Counted from the first letter of the stretch, positions 19,423-29,982 are shown. The stretch: 64,000 nt of DNA from Ardenticatena maritima (GCF_001306175.1 NZ_LGKN01000003.1:1-64000), one strand, 5' to 3'. The notes: generated by a model from the sequence alone, not told the origin. Numbers and translations are program-made.

Positions 19423-20060
19423 GCTTCCACCTCCGAGCGTGTGCGGTCAATGATGTGGCGCAGGGTTTGCGCGGCGGCGGCGGGGTCTTCCGCGCCCATT
19501 ACCGCGGAGACGACGGCGATGCCGCTGGCGCCGGCGCGAATGACGTCGGCGGCGTTGGCGGGTGTGATGCCGCCGATGCCGATGACGGGGATGTCCACCA
19601 GGGCGATGATGCGTTGCAAGCCGGCGATGCCGATGGGCGCGCCGGCGTCGGGTTTGGTGGGGGTGCCGAACACGTCGCCCACGCCGAGGTAGGTAGCGCC
19701 TTCGCGCTGCATGCGCAGGGCGTCTTCGGGGGTTTCGGGTGAGCCGCCGATGATGGCGTGGGGACCGAGCAGGCGGCGGGCGTCGGCGATGGGCATGTCG
19801 TCCACGCCAAGGTGGACGCCGTCGGCGCCGACGGCGAGCGCCACGTCCACGCGGTCGTTGATGATGAGCGGCACGCCGGCGGCGCGGGTGATGGTGAGGA
19901 GCGCGCGCGCCTGTTCGATGAGGGCGCGGGTGGTGGCGGTTTTGTCGCGCAGTTGCACGATAGTAGCACCGCCACGGATGGCGGCGGCGACACGGTCGCG
20001 CAAGGCGTCGCCGTGGCCATAACGCGGGTCGGTGATGACGTAGAGTCGCCAGTCGGGCAT
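19419..20060 (-). CDS. thiE: Thiamine-phosphate synthase
   Basis: LYVITD, QLRDK, LIINDRVD, DGVHLG, IGGI; coupled to thiD. Confidence 0.93.
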   Translation of the reverse strand: MPDWRLYVITDPRYGHGDALRDRVAAAIRGGATIVQLRDKTATTRALIEQARALLTITRAAGVPLIINDRVDVALAVGADGVHLGVDDMPIADARRLLGPHAIIGGSPETPEDALRMQREGATYLGVGDVFGTPTKPDAGAPIGIAGLQRIIALVDIPVIGIGGITPANAADVIRAGASGIAVVSAVMGAEDPAAAAQTLRHIIDRTRSEVEA

Positions 20061-20383
20061 AGGCGTTTGTGTGGGTTGGTTGATGGGTTGCTGGGAGAGG
20101 CTATACCACAAGATGACGTGGGAGGCAAGCGGGGGGATTCACGCCGTATTCCCTTCGGGTGCGTGTAAGGTTGGCCTGAGGATGGATGACGCACCTATTT
20201 GACAAAGCAAATGGCTCCATGGCATATTCATACAATTGAAAGTGAAGTTGGCCGTACTGCTTGTCTTTCCACCCCAAACCTCAATAGACGGGCAACAATC
20301 AGCCTTGATACACAGATTGCTTCAACCAGTTGATGAACCACTCTTATTTTTTGCAGACTACAGAACCATTGTAAAGGGGGCGT

Positions 20384-23300
20384 ATGGACAACCGAGACCG
20401 TATCCAATCACTCATTCGCGATTTTTCACCAGAGAGTCTGACGGCTTTATTCCGTCAAATTGCGCCAACGTTTCGTCCAAGACATGAAACGTTTAACAGC
20501 CTGATCAAACAAGGATGGCCGTTTGATGATGTTCAGCAGCTGGGTGTTATCGAACTCCCAGGGCAGCAAACGGTGCTCATCGGTGCGATTCGCGTTAGTG
20601 GCGAACTGACAGCGCGTTCAAGTAAGAAAAAGCAGTATGAATTGGGAAAACGTATCCTCAAGGCAGGCAACCACAACGCCGGCATCTTCGCCTTTTACGA
20701 CGACCGTGGTCGATTTCGTCTCTCCCTCATCACGGTGACCTATTCCGGCACGCACCGCCAATTTAGCACGTTCCGGCGCTACACCTTTTTTGTTGATCCA
20801 GATCTGCCCAACAAGACCTTTGTCAACCAGATTGGACGTGCGAATTTCTCTAGCCTGGAAGGTATTCTGGATGCGTTTGCCCTGGAAGCGGTCTCCGATG
20901 CTTTCTATCAGGAGTTCAAACCCAAGTATGATGCGATTGCTGCTGATGTTCAGGGAACGAGCGACGAGCAATTGAAGCAAGATTTCGCGCTCCTCTTCGT
21001 TATCCGCACGATTTTTCTGGGGTTTGTGCAGAAGAAAGGCTGGCTGGGGGACAAGCAGCGCTTCCTACAGGATTTCTGGCAGGAATACCAGAGCAGCGGG
21101 CGTCCACGGGATACGTTCTACAAGGAGTGGTTGGAACCGTTGTTCTTTGAGGCCCTCAACAACCCGCCAGGGTACAAGGTGGCGTATGGTCGTGCACCGT
21201 TTTCGGAAGAAACCCAAAATACCCTGCAGATGGCGCCTTACCTCAACGGTGAACTTTTTAAACGCAAGAAGGGCATCGACGACCAGGGTCTGTGGATTCC
21301 CGACGAGCTCATCCGCGATTTCTTCGACTTTCTCTTCCAGTACAACTTCACCGTGGAGGAGAATGAGCTCTACGACGAGGAACTGGAACTCAACCCTGAA
21401 TTCTTGGGCATCATCTTTGAGCGTTTGACGAATAAGGACCAGGGCGCGGTTTACACCCCGCGTGTGGAAGTCGATCTGATGTGTCGCCTGGCGCTGGTGA
21501 AATGGTTGGAAAAGACCACAGGGATTGAAAAAGAGGACCTGTACCATCTCTTTTTCCGCGAGGCCGGCACGGGCGAGGAATTTGATGAATATCAGAAGCA
21601 GGGAGATTTCTCCCCGGCTGAGATCCGCACCTTGATCGAGAAGCTGGAAAGCGTGACCGTCTGCGATCCGGCTGCCGGTTCGGGTGCATTCGAAGTGGGC
21701 ATGTTGCAGGTGCTGGATCAGACGCTGGAGAACCTGTACAGTCGCAACAACACACCGGCAGATTTGAAAGCGAAAGCCCCCACGCCTTTTGAACGCAAGA
21801 AAGCCATCATCGAGCGTTCGCTCTACGGCGTGGAGGTCAAACGTTGGGCGGTCTGGATCAACCACCTGCGCCTCTGGCTGACTTTGTTCGTGGATATGCC
21901 GGACGATTACAAGACGTTGCCCACCCCGCTGCTGCCCAACCTGACCTTCAAGGTGCGGACCGGCGACTCGTTGGTGCAGCGCCTCGGCGACAAGACATTT
22001 CCGGTGCAGGGCCACGCGAACCTGTCGCCGGCCATCAAGCGCCAGATCACCGATCTCAAGAAAAAGAAACGTGAATTCTTCTACAACCAGAACCACGATG
22101 CGCACTTGATTGAGCAGGCGGAATTGGCGGTCTTCCGCGCTATTCTGGATGAGCAGATTGAAGAGCGCCGGAAGGAAATCAACCGGTTACAGCAGCCGCC
22201 TGCAAAAAATCTCTCATTTTTGGAGGATGTGGCCGCCGATGAGGCTGCCCGGCAGGCTGAGGAACGAAAAAAGCGAAAAGCAGAGATCGCTGCTTTGGAG
22301 GCTGAAATCGCCGAGCTGGAAGCCCAGAAGCGCAGCCTGAAGGACGAGCGCCCCTTCATCTGGAGTATCGAGTTCGCCGAGATCTTCTTCGACCGGGGCG
22401 GCTTCGATATTATCATCGGCAACCCGCCCTACTTGGCTGCTCATAGCAAGGATGAGAAGAAAAAAATTAGGGATCCAAATGGTCTGATGCCGCCCAAAGA
22501 ATATAAGAACGCCCTAGACGAAATGATGCGGTTGGACTTCCCGGATTACTTTGCCAAATCCCGTGCCCAGACCGACAAGTTCAAGAAAGAGCGCAAACCG
22601 AGCGGCCGTTCCGACCTCTATACCTACTTCTACATTCGCTCCCTGCGCCTTCTGAACCCCCAGGGTGTGCACGTCTTTATCTGCTCCAATTCCTGGCTGG
22701 ACGCGAGCTACGGCGCCTGGTTGCAGGAGTTCTTCCTGCGGAAAACGCCGATGTGCTTTGTCATCGATAACCACGCCAAGCGCTCCTTTGCCCGGGCCGA
22801 TGTGAACACGGTCATCACCGTGGCCGGCGCACCGCTCGAGCGAGGTGCAGTGCCGGGAGAGCATGTGGTGCGCTTCGTGGCCTTCAAACAGCCCTTCGAG
22901 GATGCGGTGCTCAGCGAGAACCTGCTGGCGATTGAGAACGCAACCGACATTCTCAAAACCGACGCCTTCCGTGTTTTCCCCATCACCGTTGCCGACCTGC
23001 TGGCCGAAGGCAGCGACGACGGCAGGTACATGGGCGACAAGTGGGGTGGCAAATACCTGCGTGCGCCGAATGTATTTTTAAAAATACTAAAGTCGAGAAA
23101 TTATTTTCGCGTAAAAGATGTCGCACGTGTATTGGGATATGTTCACGATAATAATGTTTCTGATCGATATCCTTCAGCGCCATTTATCAAGTCGATCAGG
23201 GATATCCGCAAAATTACAATTGCTCCTGAAGATGTCACTTGGCAGGGAGTTTCAACTAAAGGGGAAACTAGAGTTAAAGGCGATTTGCTATTTGCGAGAA

Positions 23301-23782
23301 CTTTTGACAATGTTCATTTAATTTTATGGAACAAGAATCGTTTTGTGATAGGAAAGGAATTTTATAGGATTTTAGCCGAAAGAATAGAGCCCAAAACCTT
23401 GGCTTTACTTTTGAATTCGACTTTGGCTATACTTCAAAGAGAACTTTTCGGGCTTCATAACCTAGGTGGAGGTGCTATTAAATTTAATAAAAATGATGTC
23501 GAGCTGTTCATTTTACCAAAAACACTTAATCGGTCATTTGAAAATCAAATTTTTGATAAGTTTTTGAATAGAGAAATATATGATGTCTTCACCGAATGCG
23601 GCATCGACCCCAAATCTGACATCCCCATCGCCAAGCAAGAGCCCAACCCGCTGCCCGACCGCAAGGCGCTTGATGACATTGTCTTCGACGCCCTGGGGTT
23701 GACCGAAGAGGAGCGCAAAGAAGTCTATCGCGCCGTCTGCCAGTTGGTCTGGGAGCGCATCAGCAAGGCGCGGAGCGTGTAG
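20384..23782 (+). CDS. Large N6-adenine DNA methyltransferase (Eco57I/type IIG-like, gamma class) with a C-terminal target-recognition region
   Basis: GAVYTPR, CDPAAGSGAF (motif I), IIGNPPY (motif IV), SDLYTYF, ICSNSWLD; AT-rich variable region after KWGGKYLRAP. Confidence 0.9.
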   Translation: MDNRDRIQSLIRDFSPESLTALFRQIAPTFRPRHETFNSLIKQGWPFDDVQQLGVIELPGQQTVLIGAIRVSGELTARSSKKKQYELGKRILKAGNHNAGIFAFYDDRGRFRLSLITVTYSGTHRQFSTFRRYTFFVDPDLPNKTFVNQIGRANFSSLEGILDAFALEAVSDAFYQEFKPKYDAIAADVQGTSDEQLKQDFALLFVIRTIFLGFVQKKGWLGDKQRFLQDFWQEYQSSGRPRDTFYKEWLEPLFFEALNNPPGYKVAYGRAPFSEETQNTLQMAPYLNGELFKRKKGIDDQGLWIPDELIRDFFDFLFQYNFTVEENELYDEELELNPEFLGIIFERLTNKDQGAVYTPRVEVDLMCRLALVKWLEKTTGIEKEDLYHLFFREAGTGEEFDEYQKQGDFSPAEIRTLIEKLESVTVCDPAAGSGAFEVGMLQVLDQTLENLYSRNNTPADLKAKAPTPFERKKAIIERSLYGVEVKRWAVWINHLRLWLTLFVDMPDDYKTLPTPLLPNLTFKVRTGDSLVQRLGDKTFPVQGHANLSPAIKRQITDLKKKKREFFYNQNHDAHLIEQAELAVFRAILDEQIEERRKEINRLQQPPAKNLSFLEDVAADEAARQAEERKKRKAEIAALEAEIAELEAQKRSLKDERPFIWSIEFAEIFFDRGGFDIIIGNPPYLAAHSKDEKKKIRDPNGLMPPKEYKNALDEMMRLDFPDYFAKSRAQTDKFKKERKPSGRSDLYTYFYIRSLRLLNPQGVHVFICSNSWLDASYGAWLQEFFLRKTPMCFVIDNHAKRSFARADVNTVITVAGAPLERGAVPGEHVVRFVAFKQPFEDAVLSENLLAIENATDILKTDAFRVFPITVADLLAEGSDDGRYMGDKWGGKYLRAPNVFLKILKSRNYFRVKDVARVLGYVHDNNVSDRYPSAPFIKSIRDIRKITIAPEDVTWQGVSTKGETRVKGDLLFARTFDNVHLILWNKNRFVIGKEFYRILAERIEPKTLALLLNSTLAILQRELFGLHNLGGGAIKFNKNDVELFILPKTLNRSFENQIFDKFLNREIYDVFTECGIDPKSDIPIAKQEPNPLPDRKALDDIVFDALGLTEEERKEVYRAVCQLVWERISKARSV

Positions 23783-24065
23783 CCATGCCATACAACCCGG
23801 AAAAACACAACCGGCGCAGTATCCGCCTGAAGGGGTACGATTATGCCGGGCCGGGCGCCTATTTTGTCACCATCGTCACCCAAAACCGGGCCTGCCTGTT
23901 CGGCCAGGTGGTGGACGACGTCATGCAGATGAACGACGCGGGATGCATGGTGCAACGGTGGTGGGACGAATTGAATCGGAAATTCCCCCATGTCCGCACG
24001 GATGCGTTTGTGGTCATGCCCAACCACATTCACGGTATCATTGTCATTCAATCCACGGATGAAAT

Positions 24066-24173
24066 GGATCAATCCGCCGGGACGGACCAACCCGCCGGGG
24101 CGGACCAATCCGCCGGGGCGGACCAATCCGCCGGGGCGGACCAATCCGTAGGGGCGGACCAACCCGTAGGGGC
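24066..24173 (+). repeat. Six tandem 18-bp units inside RAYT1
   Basis: GGACCAA(T/C)CCG(CC/TA)GGGGC x6 (first copy degenerate), encoding DQ(S/P)(A/V)GA peptides. Confidence 0.92.
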
Positions 24174-24247
24174 GGACCTGCGTGTCCGCCCTGATGGGGG
24201 TGGTGGCGCACACACAAATGGGGGCGCACACACAGGTGCGCCCCTAC
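24166..24247. repeat. Inverted pair of GTAG-type REP elements (REPIN-like) inside RAYT1
   Basis: GTAGGGGCGGACCTGCGTGTCCGCCC (24166-24191, plus) and GTAGGGGCGCACCTGTGTGTGCGCCC (24247-24222, minus), each a GTAG tetranucleotide plus a hairpin. Confidence 0.85.
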
Positions 24248-24592
24248 GTGCGCCGCAACGTGCGCCCCTATCGGAAATTGTCCAATGGTTCAAAACGATG
24301 ACCACGAACGAATATATCCGCCATGTGAAAAACGATGGTTGGGCGCCGTTTAACAAACGCCTGTGGCAACGGAATTATTACGAACACATCATCCGCAATG
24401 ATGAATCCCTGAATCGTATTCGTCAATACATTGCTGAAAACCCATTACGCTGGCATCTGGATCGGGACAATCCAATGTCAGATCGGTGTCAATGACAATG
24501 GGCGGTTGCCAAATCGGGGGTATTCGCGGCGGACGGATGATGGTGTGGAAAAAATTCATGTGTAAAAACAAAAAGAAAGAGGAACGTGTCAT

Positions 24593-27500
24593 ATGGCTCG
24601 AAACTTCATCACCAACGCCAAAGAGCAAACACTGCGGTCTCGGATCGAGAAGTTGATTCAGCACAGCCAAGAACTCAAGTTTCTGGTTGGTTTTTTTTAT
24701 TTCTCCGGTTGGCGTGAACTCTATAAGGCGCTCAAAGACCGGGATGACCTTACCATCAAAATCCTGGTTGGGCTGGACACCAATCTGCATTTGGGGCAGG
24801 TATTGGAAGTGGCCGACCCCAATGCCTCTGCCATGAGCCAGGAGGAACTGGTGGGGCGGTTCCATGCGTCCCTGCGCACTGCATTGCAGGATGAATCTCT
24901 GGATACGCAGGAGTTCTACGAGCAGGTGACCTTCTTTCTGCGTCTGTTGGATAAAGGGCGGTTGCAAATTCGCAAGACCTTCGATCCCAATCACGCTAAG
25001 CTTTATCTTTTCAAGCTCAAGGAAGAGGGGCAAGCACTCATCAACGCGCCGGGACGTTTTATCACCGGCTCCAGCAACCTGACCCGGGCCGGCCTGCTGG
25101 GTCAGCACGAGTTCAACGTGGAGATTGGCGACTACGGGTGGGAGGACGCGGAGGCCTATTTCGACGAACTCTGGCAGAGCGCCATCCCCTTGAGTGAACT
25201 GTCCGAACGCAAAGAGCAGATCATCCGCATCATCCGCCGCCAGACCCAAGTGGCCGAGATCACCCCTTTCGAAGCCTACGCACTGGTGCTCAAAACCTAT
25301 ATCGACCTCATGGAGCAAAAGACGTTGCGACCTCAGGTCAAACGACTGATGCAAGAGCGGGGCTACACCGTGTACCGCTACCAGGAAGACGCCGTGCAAC
25401 AGGCGTTAACTGTACTAGAGGAATATGGCGGTGTTATTTTGGCTGATGTGGTTGGGTTGGGAAAATCGGTTATTGCCAGCTGGTTGGCACGGGAGGTCAA
25501 CGGGCGTGGATTGGTGATTTGCCCACCGGCACTGGTAGGCGATCCCAAAACACGTGATAGCGGATGGTACAAGTACTTGAGTGATTTTGGTCTCCATGAT
25601 TGGGATGTCTATTCTCTTGGTGTCCTGGATAAGGTGCAGGAGTACTTAGCGAATTACGGAGATGATGTGACGACCATCATCGTGGATGAAGCTCACCGCT
25701 TCCGCAACGAAGATACTGAGGCCTACGAGCGCCTTAGCCAGATTTGCGCGAACCGCAAGGTCATTTTGCTTACCGCTACGCCTTTCAACAACGCTCCTTC
25801 AGACATTTTTGCCCTGCTTAAACTTTTTATTCCACCGGGCAAATCTACCCTGACTTTAGATGAAAAGCTGGCTGCACGTTTTGCACGTTATAACAGCGAG
25901 TTCCGAAAACTCTCCTACATTCTACGTTATGCCGACGCTGGGGGGGAAAAGCAGGCGCGTGCTGAAAAGTATTACGTCGAACTTTTTGAAACTCGCCCTC
26001 CTATTGATAAGGCTCGCGTACAACGTCGCACCCGCACTCTGGCGAATGAAATCCGTGCTGTCATCGAGCCTGTAGTCATTCGCCGTAATCGTCTTGATTT
26101 GAAGCGTGATCCCATCTATCGGGAAGAAGTTACCGCTCTTTCTGAAGTGGCTGATCCAATAGAACTCTTCTACGAGTTAACGCCGGCACAATCGGCTTTT
26201 TACGATCAAGTGATTAACGATTACTTTGGCGAAAGTGGACGATTCCGAGGCGCTATTTACCAACCTTATGCCTATGAACAGCGCAAGCGGGGAGAGGAAT
26301 TGGAAGAAGAATTCACCTATCAGCAGCAGCGCAACCTGTATGAGTTTATGCGCCGGTTGCTCGTGAAACGTTTTGAAAGTTCCTTTGGTGCTTTTGCCCA
26401 GAGTATTCAGAATTTCATTCGAGTGCACGAACAGGTGTTGGCCTTTATCAAAAACAGTAACGGCCGTTATATCTTGGATCGCCAACTTTTGGAGAAGATT
26501 TATGAAGCCGATCCCGAGGAAATTGATGCAGCGTTAGTGGTTTTCATCGAGCGTCTAGCGAAAAAAGAGAATTTGGATCCACGTCATGATCGCATCTATG
26601 AAATTAAAACATTCGATGATCCAGAAGGCTTTTTACAGGATATCCAGTCTGACCTTGAACTCCTGAAAGAAATTGCTGCTCGTATTGACGAGCTTCAACT
26701 GGTTGCACAGGACCCCAAAGCTGAGCGTTTAATCGAAGCGCTTCGAGATATTATTGAGACGCCACCTGCTCCTGGTGAGCCGAAACGGAAAATTATCATC
26801 TTCAGTGAATATTTGGATACAGTAAAACATGTTGCCCCAGTTCTCAAGCGAGCATTTCCTGGGCGTGTGTTAGTTGCTGAAGGTAACTTTAGCAAGAAAT
26901 TCTATGATGATCTCTTGGCAAATTTCGATGCGAGCTACCCACGTGATAAACAGCGGGATGACTATGATATTCTATTAGCCACCGACAAACTTTCTGAAGG
27001 CGTCAACTTGAATAGAGCGGGAGCCGTTATTAACTACGATATTCCTTGGAATCCTACGCGGGTTATTCAGCGTCTGGGACGTATTAATCGCATTGGGCGC
27101 AAGGTTTTTGCACAATTGTACATTTATAACTTTTTCCCGACGGAGCAAGGTGCTGATGTCGTCAAGAGCCGTGAGGTGGCTGCCCAAAAGATGTTTCTTA
27201 TCCATAATACCTTAGGTGAAGATGCGAAGATCTTTGCCCCTGATGAAACTCCCTCTCCGGCTGAGCTTTTCAAACGCATCAATCGCAATCCTGAAGAGGA
27301 AGAAGAAGAGAGTCTGTTGACTAGAGTTAGACAGGCTTTCTTTGCCATACAGCAGCAATACCCTGAATTGGTAGCTCAATTAAATGATTTCCCTGCTCGC
27401 GTCAAGACATCGAAACCTTTTTCTCAGAATGAGTTGCTTGTCTTTCGCCGCAAAGGCTTGCAACTCTTCATTCATGGCGTTCTTGATACGACGACAGAGA

Positions 27501-27973
27501 AACACAGTGTAAGTGCATTGACATTAGAGGACGCATTACCTCATATTCAATGCAAACCAGAAACACCGCGCTTGCCGCTCAGCCCACGCTTTTGGCTTGC
27601 TTATGAGACCATCAAACGATATCGAGAGCATACACCCATGCCTCATAGTGAACAATCCCTTTTAGTCAAGGCTGAGAACAACCTTCGAAGCGCATTAGAA
27701 AAGCATGCAAAAGACTTGCAAGAGTACTTACCATTTATTCAAACACTGTTGCGGGATCTCAAAGAGTTCCAGACCTTGCCCAAGTATACGCTTCGCCGAT
27801 TGACTGTGGTAGAAATGAATAGCAAGGTTTCTGCAAGAGGCATTAGACGCTTTAAGAATGAATTAGAGACCTTACGTCGTTCTCTTGGTGAGAATTATTT
27901 GGATCGCATTGAACAGAAAACAAAGGGTTTTCGGAGTGAAATTATTATTGCTATAGAAAATGTAAAAACATAA
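24593..27973 (+). CDS. PLD-family nuclease / SNF2-like SF2 helicase fusion (putative restriction subunit)
   Basis: N-terminal HAKLY...TGSSNLT..G...EFN; LADVVGLGKS, IVDEAH, LLTATP, IIFSEY, LSEGVNL, NYDIPWNP...QRLGRINRIG. Confidence 0.9.
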   Translation: MARNFITNAKEQTLRSRIEKLIQHSQELKFLVGFFYFSGWRELYKALKDRDDLTIKILVGLDTNLHLGQVLEVADPNASAMSQEELVGRFHASLRTALQDESLDTQEFYEQVTFFLRLLDKGRLQIRKTFDPNHAKLYLFKLKEEGQALINAPGRFITGSSNLTRAGLLGQHEFNVEIGDYGWEDAEAYFDELWQSAIPLSELSERKEQIIRIIRRQTQVAEITPFEAYALVLKTYIDLMEQKTLRPQVKRLMQERGYTVYRYQEDAVQQALTVLEEYGGVILADVVGLGKSVIASWLAREVNGRGLVICPPALVGDPKTRDSGWYKYLSDFGLHDWDVYSLGVLDKVQEYLANYGDDVTTIIVDEAHRFRNEDTEAYERLSQICANRKVILLTATPFNNAPSDIFALLKLFIPPGKSTLTLDEKLAARFARYNSEFRKLSYILRYADAGGEKQARAEKYYVELFETRPPIDKARVQRRTRTLANEIRAVIEPVVIRRNRLDLKRDPIYREEVTALSEVADPIELFYELTPAQSAFYDQVINDYFGESGRFRGAIYQPYAYEQRKRGEELEEEFTYQQQRNLYEFMRRLLVKRFESSFGAFAQSIQNFIRVHEQVLAFIKNSNGRYILDRQLLEKIYEADPEEIDAALVVFIERLAKKENLDPRHDRIYEIKTFDDPEGFLQDIQSDLELLKEIAARIDELQLVAQDPKAERLIEALRDIIETPPAPGEPKRKIIIFSEYLDTVKHVAPVLKRAFPGRVLVAEGNFSKKFYDDLLANFDASYPRDKQRDDYDILLATDKLSEGVNLNRAGAVINYDIPWNPTRVIQRLGRINRIGRKVFAQLYIYNFFPTEQGADVVKSREVAAQKMFLIHNTLGEDAKIFAPDETPSPAELFKRINRNPEEEEEESLLTRVRQAFFAIQQQYPELVAQLNDFPARVKTSKPFSQNELLVFRRKGLQLFIHGVLDTTTEKHSVSALTLEDALPHIQCKPETPRLPLSPRFWLAYETIKRYREHTPMPHSEQSLLVKAENNLRSALEKHAKDLQEYLPFIQTLLRDLKEFQTLPKYTLRRLTVVEMNSKVSARGIRRFKNELETLRRSLGENYLDRIEQKTKGFRSEIIIAIENVKT

Positions 27974-28030
27974 CTAAGGCTTGGTAGACGTTGATAGGTT
28001 CTCTGCTTGGGAAAAAGAGAAACAGCACCC

Positions 28031-28132
28031 ATGACGAACAAACTTGACATTGCCCCCCTGGAAATCTAGCTGTGGAACGCCACCTGCCCCATTCGCGGGC
28101 AGGTGGACGCGTCTCCGTTCAAAGCGTGTATC
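28031..28132 (+). pseudogene. Remnant of a type I R-M methyltransferase (HsdM) N-terminus
   Basis: MTNKLDIAPLEI*LWNATCPIRGQVDASPFKACI with an in-frame TAG at 28067-28069; resembles the HsdM start LE.WLW.AAC.IRG.VDA..FK.YI. Confidence 0.7.
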
Positions 28133-28163
28133 GCGTGTGTGTTGGGGATAGATGGGAGGCATC

Positions 28164-28820
<657 letters not shown>

Positions 28821-28982
28821 CCCCTTTCCAGCGAACATCGGCGGACAGTTGGGGCTGCCTTACGTCGTATAGCGCCTACTCCGGCGTACTGTGCTCGCGG
28901 TACTGGTAGGGGAGTCGTGCACTGGCTATTGTGAGCATAGAGAATCTTGTTCAAAAGCGTTGACTTTAGAGGGAGGCATAAG

Positions 28983-29447
28983 GTGAGTCAGATTGTAGAA
29001 GACGTCATCAAGGCCGCTGAATGGGCATCGCAGGCTCTTCAACAGTCCGGTTATCCAGCGGATTTCTCTCCTTCCAGCCTGTGGTATGTTGATTTTTTCT
29101 TCGACGACCATAGCCGCAATGGGGAGCCAATTCCAGGTGGACTGCTCTCACAGGATATTGGTGTGCGATTGTTCGCCATAGGCGCGTATGTGGGGGAGGT
29201 GCTGCGTCGTCATCTGGGTGGAGAGTGGTATGGAGATGACAATGATCCGCAAGCAGAAATCAACGTCGCATTGCGCCTCAACACAGGGGCCACATGTTGG
29301 CCGGTTCAACGGGTCATAAAGCGATTTGAGAATGGATGGGAGGAGAGTGTGGCTGCTTACGGGGCAGGAATGGGTTTACAGGTGGGGCCACGCCCTCTCC
29401 GTTCACCGCGTACCTCTCCCAAGAAGCCCTGGTGGAAATTTTGGTAG
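28983..29447 (+). CDS. Hypothetical protein, immunity-protein-like, with a KKPWWKFW tail
   Basis: DFSPSSL..VD...GAYVGEV......GGEW...P...V.KR..NG pattern; GTG start after GGGAGG. Confidence 0.7.
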   Translation: MSQIVEDVIKAAEWASQALQQSGYPADFSPSSLWYVDFFFDDHSRNGEPIPGGLLSQDIGVRLFAIGAYVGEVLRRHLGGEWYGDDNDPQAEINVALRLNTGATCWPVQRVIKRFENGWEESVAAYGAGMGLQVGPRPLRSPRTSPKKPWWKFW

Positions 29448-29501
29448 ATAGGCACCTCTTCTCATGTGAATTGAACAATGCCAACGCATGGAGTGGGCGG
29501 A

Positions 29502-29982
29502 ATGTTGCAATTATCGAATCACGACCATTTTCTTGTTATAAAACCAACCTGGGCCAGAGCCCTTAGTTGGGCAGGAATCATCCTTTTTGCCTTTTTTAGC
29601 GTTATGTCGTGGCAAGCGGGTGATCGTAAAGCTGCATTCTTGTTTTTGATTTTCGTTGCTTTTAATGTTTTCACACTTTGTAGGGACGATTGCGATGAAT
29701 GAGGATCTCATCCTATACAAGAATGCGTGGGCAACGTATGGGCTCAGATGGGATGAAGTCGAGCGGATAGCGCTCGATACGGCTTGGCAGGCCATGGCGT
29801 TTATTGGAGAAGACAAAAGGCTTGTGGTAGTGGGCCCACGTTATTGGTCAGGAAAATCAGAAGAGGTGGAAGAGATATTCAGCCTGATAGGTCGGAAAAT
29901 CAGGGAAAGACAAATACTGCTCGATAGTGTTTATGTGGTCAAAGCATGTGAAAGTTCACTGACCCAAGCGACAACCAAATAG
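29502..29982 (+). pseudogene. Frameshifted two-TM plus soluble-domain membrane protein
   Basis: The 29478-29702 frame gives two TM helices and the overlapping 29656-29982 frame continues GTIAMNED...LRWDEVERI; shift near the T-run at 29676-29680; AT-rich. Confidence 0.55.

Larger units (their letters stand above)
23785..24495 (+). mobile_element. REP-associated tyrosine transposase (RAYT; IS200/IS605 Y1 HUH family), copy 1
   Basis: RRSIRLKGYDY, YFVTI, MPNHIHGII (HUH), WQRNYYEHIIR, YIAENP. Confidence 0.9.

Noticed and set aside
20061..20230. TPP riboswitch upstream of thiE-thiD
   Set aside because: No CTGAGA or other TPP aptamer core on the sense (minus) strand
24066..24173. Possible CRISPR array
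   Set aside because: The units are contiguous 18-mers with no unique spacers, lie in frame within a gene, and no cas genes are present
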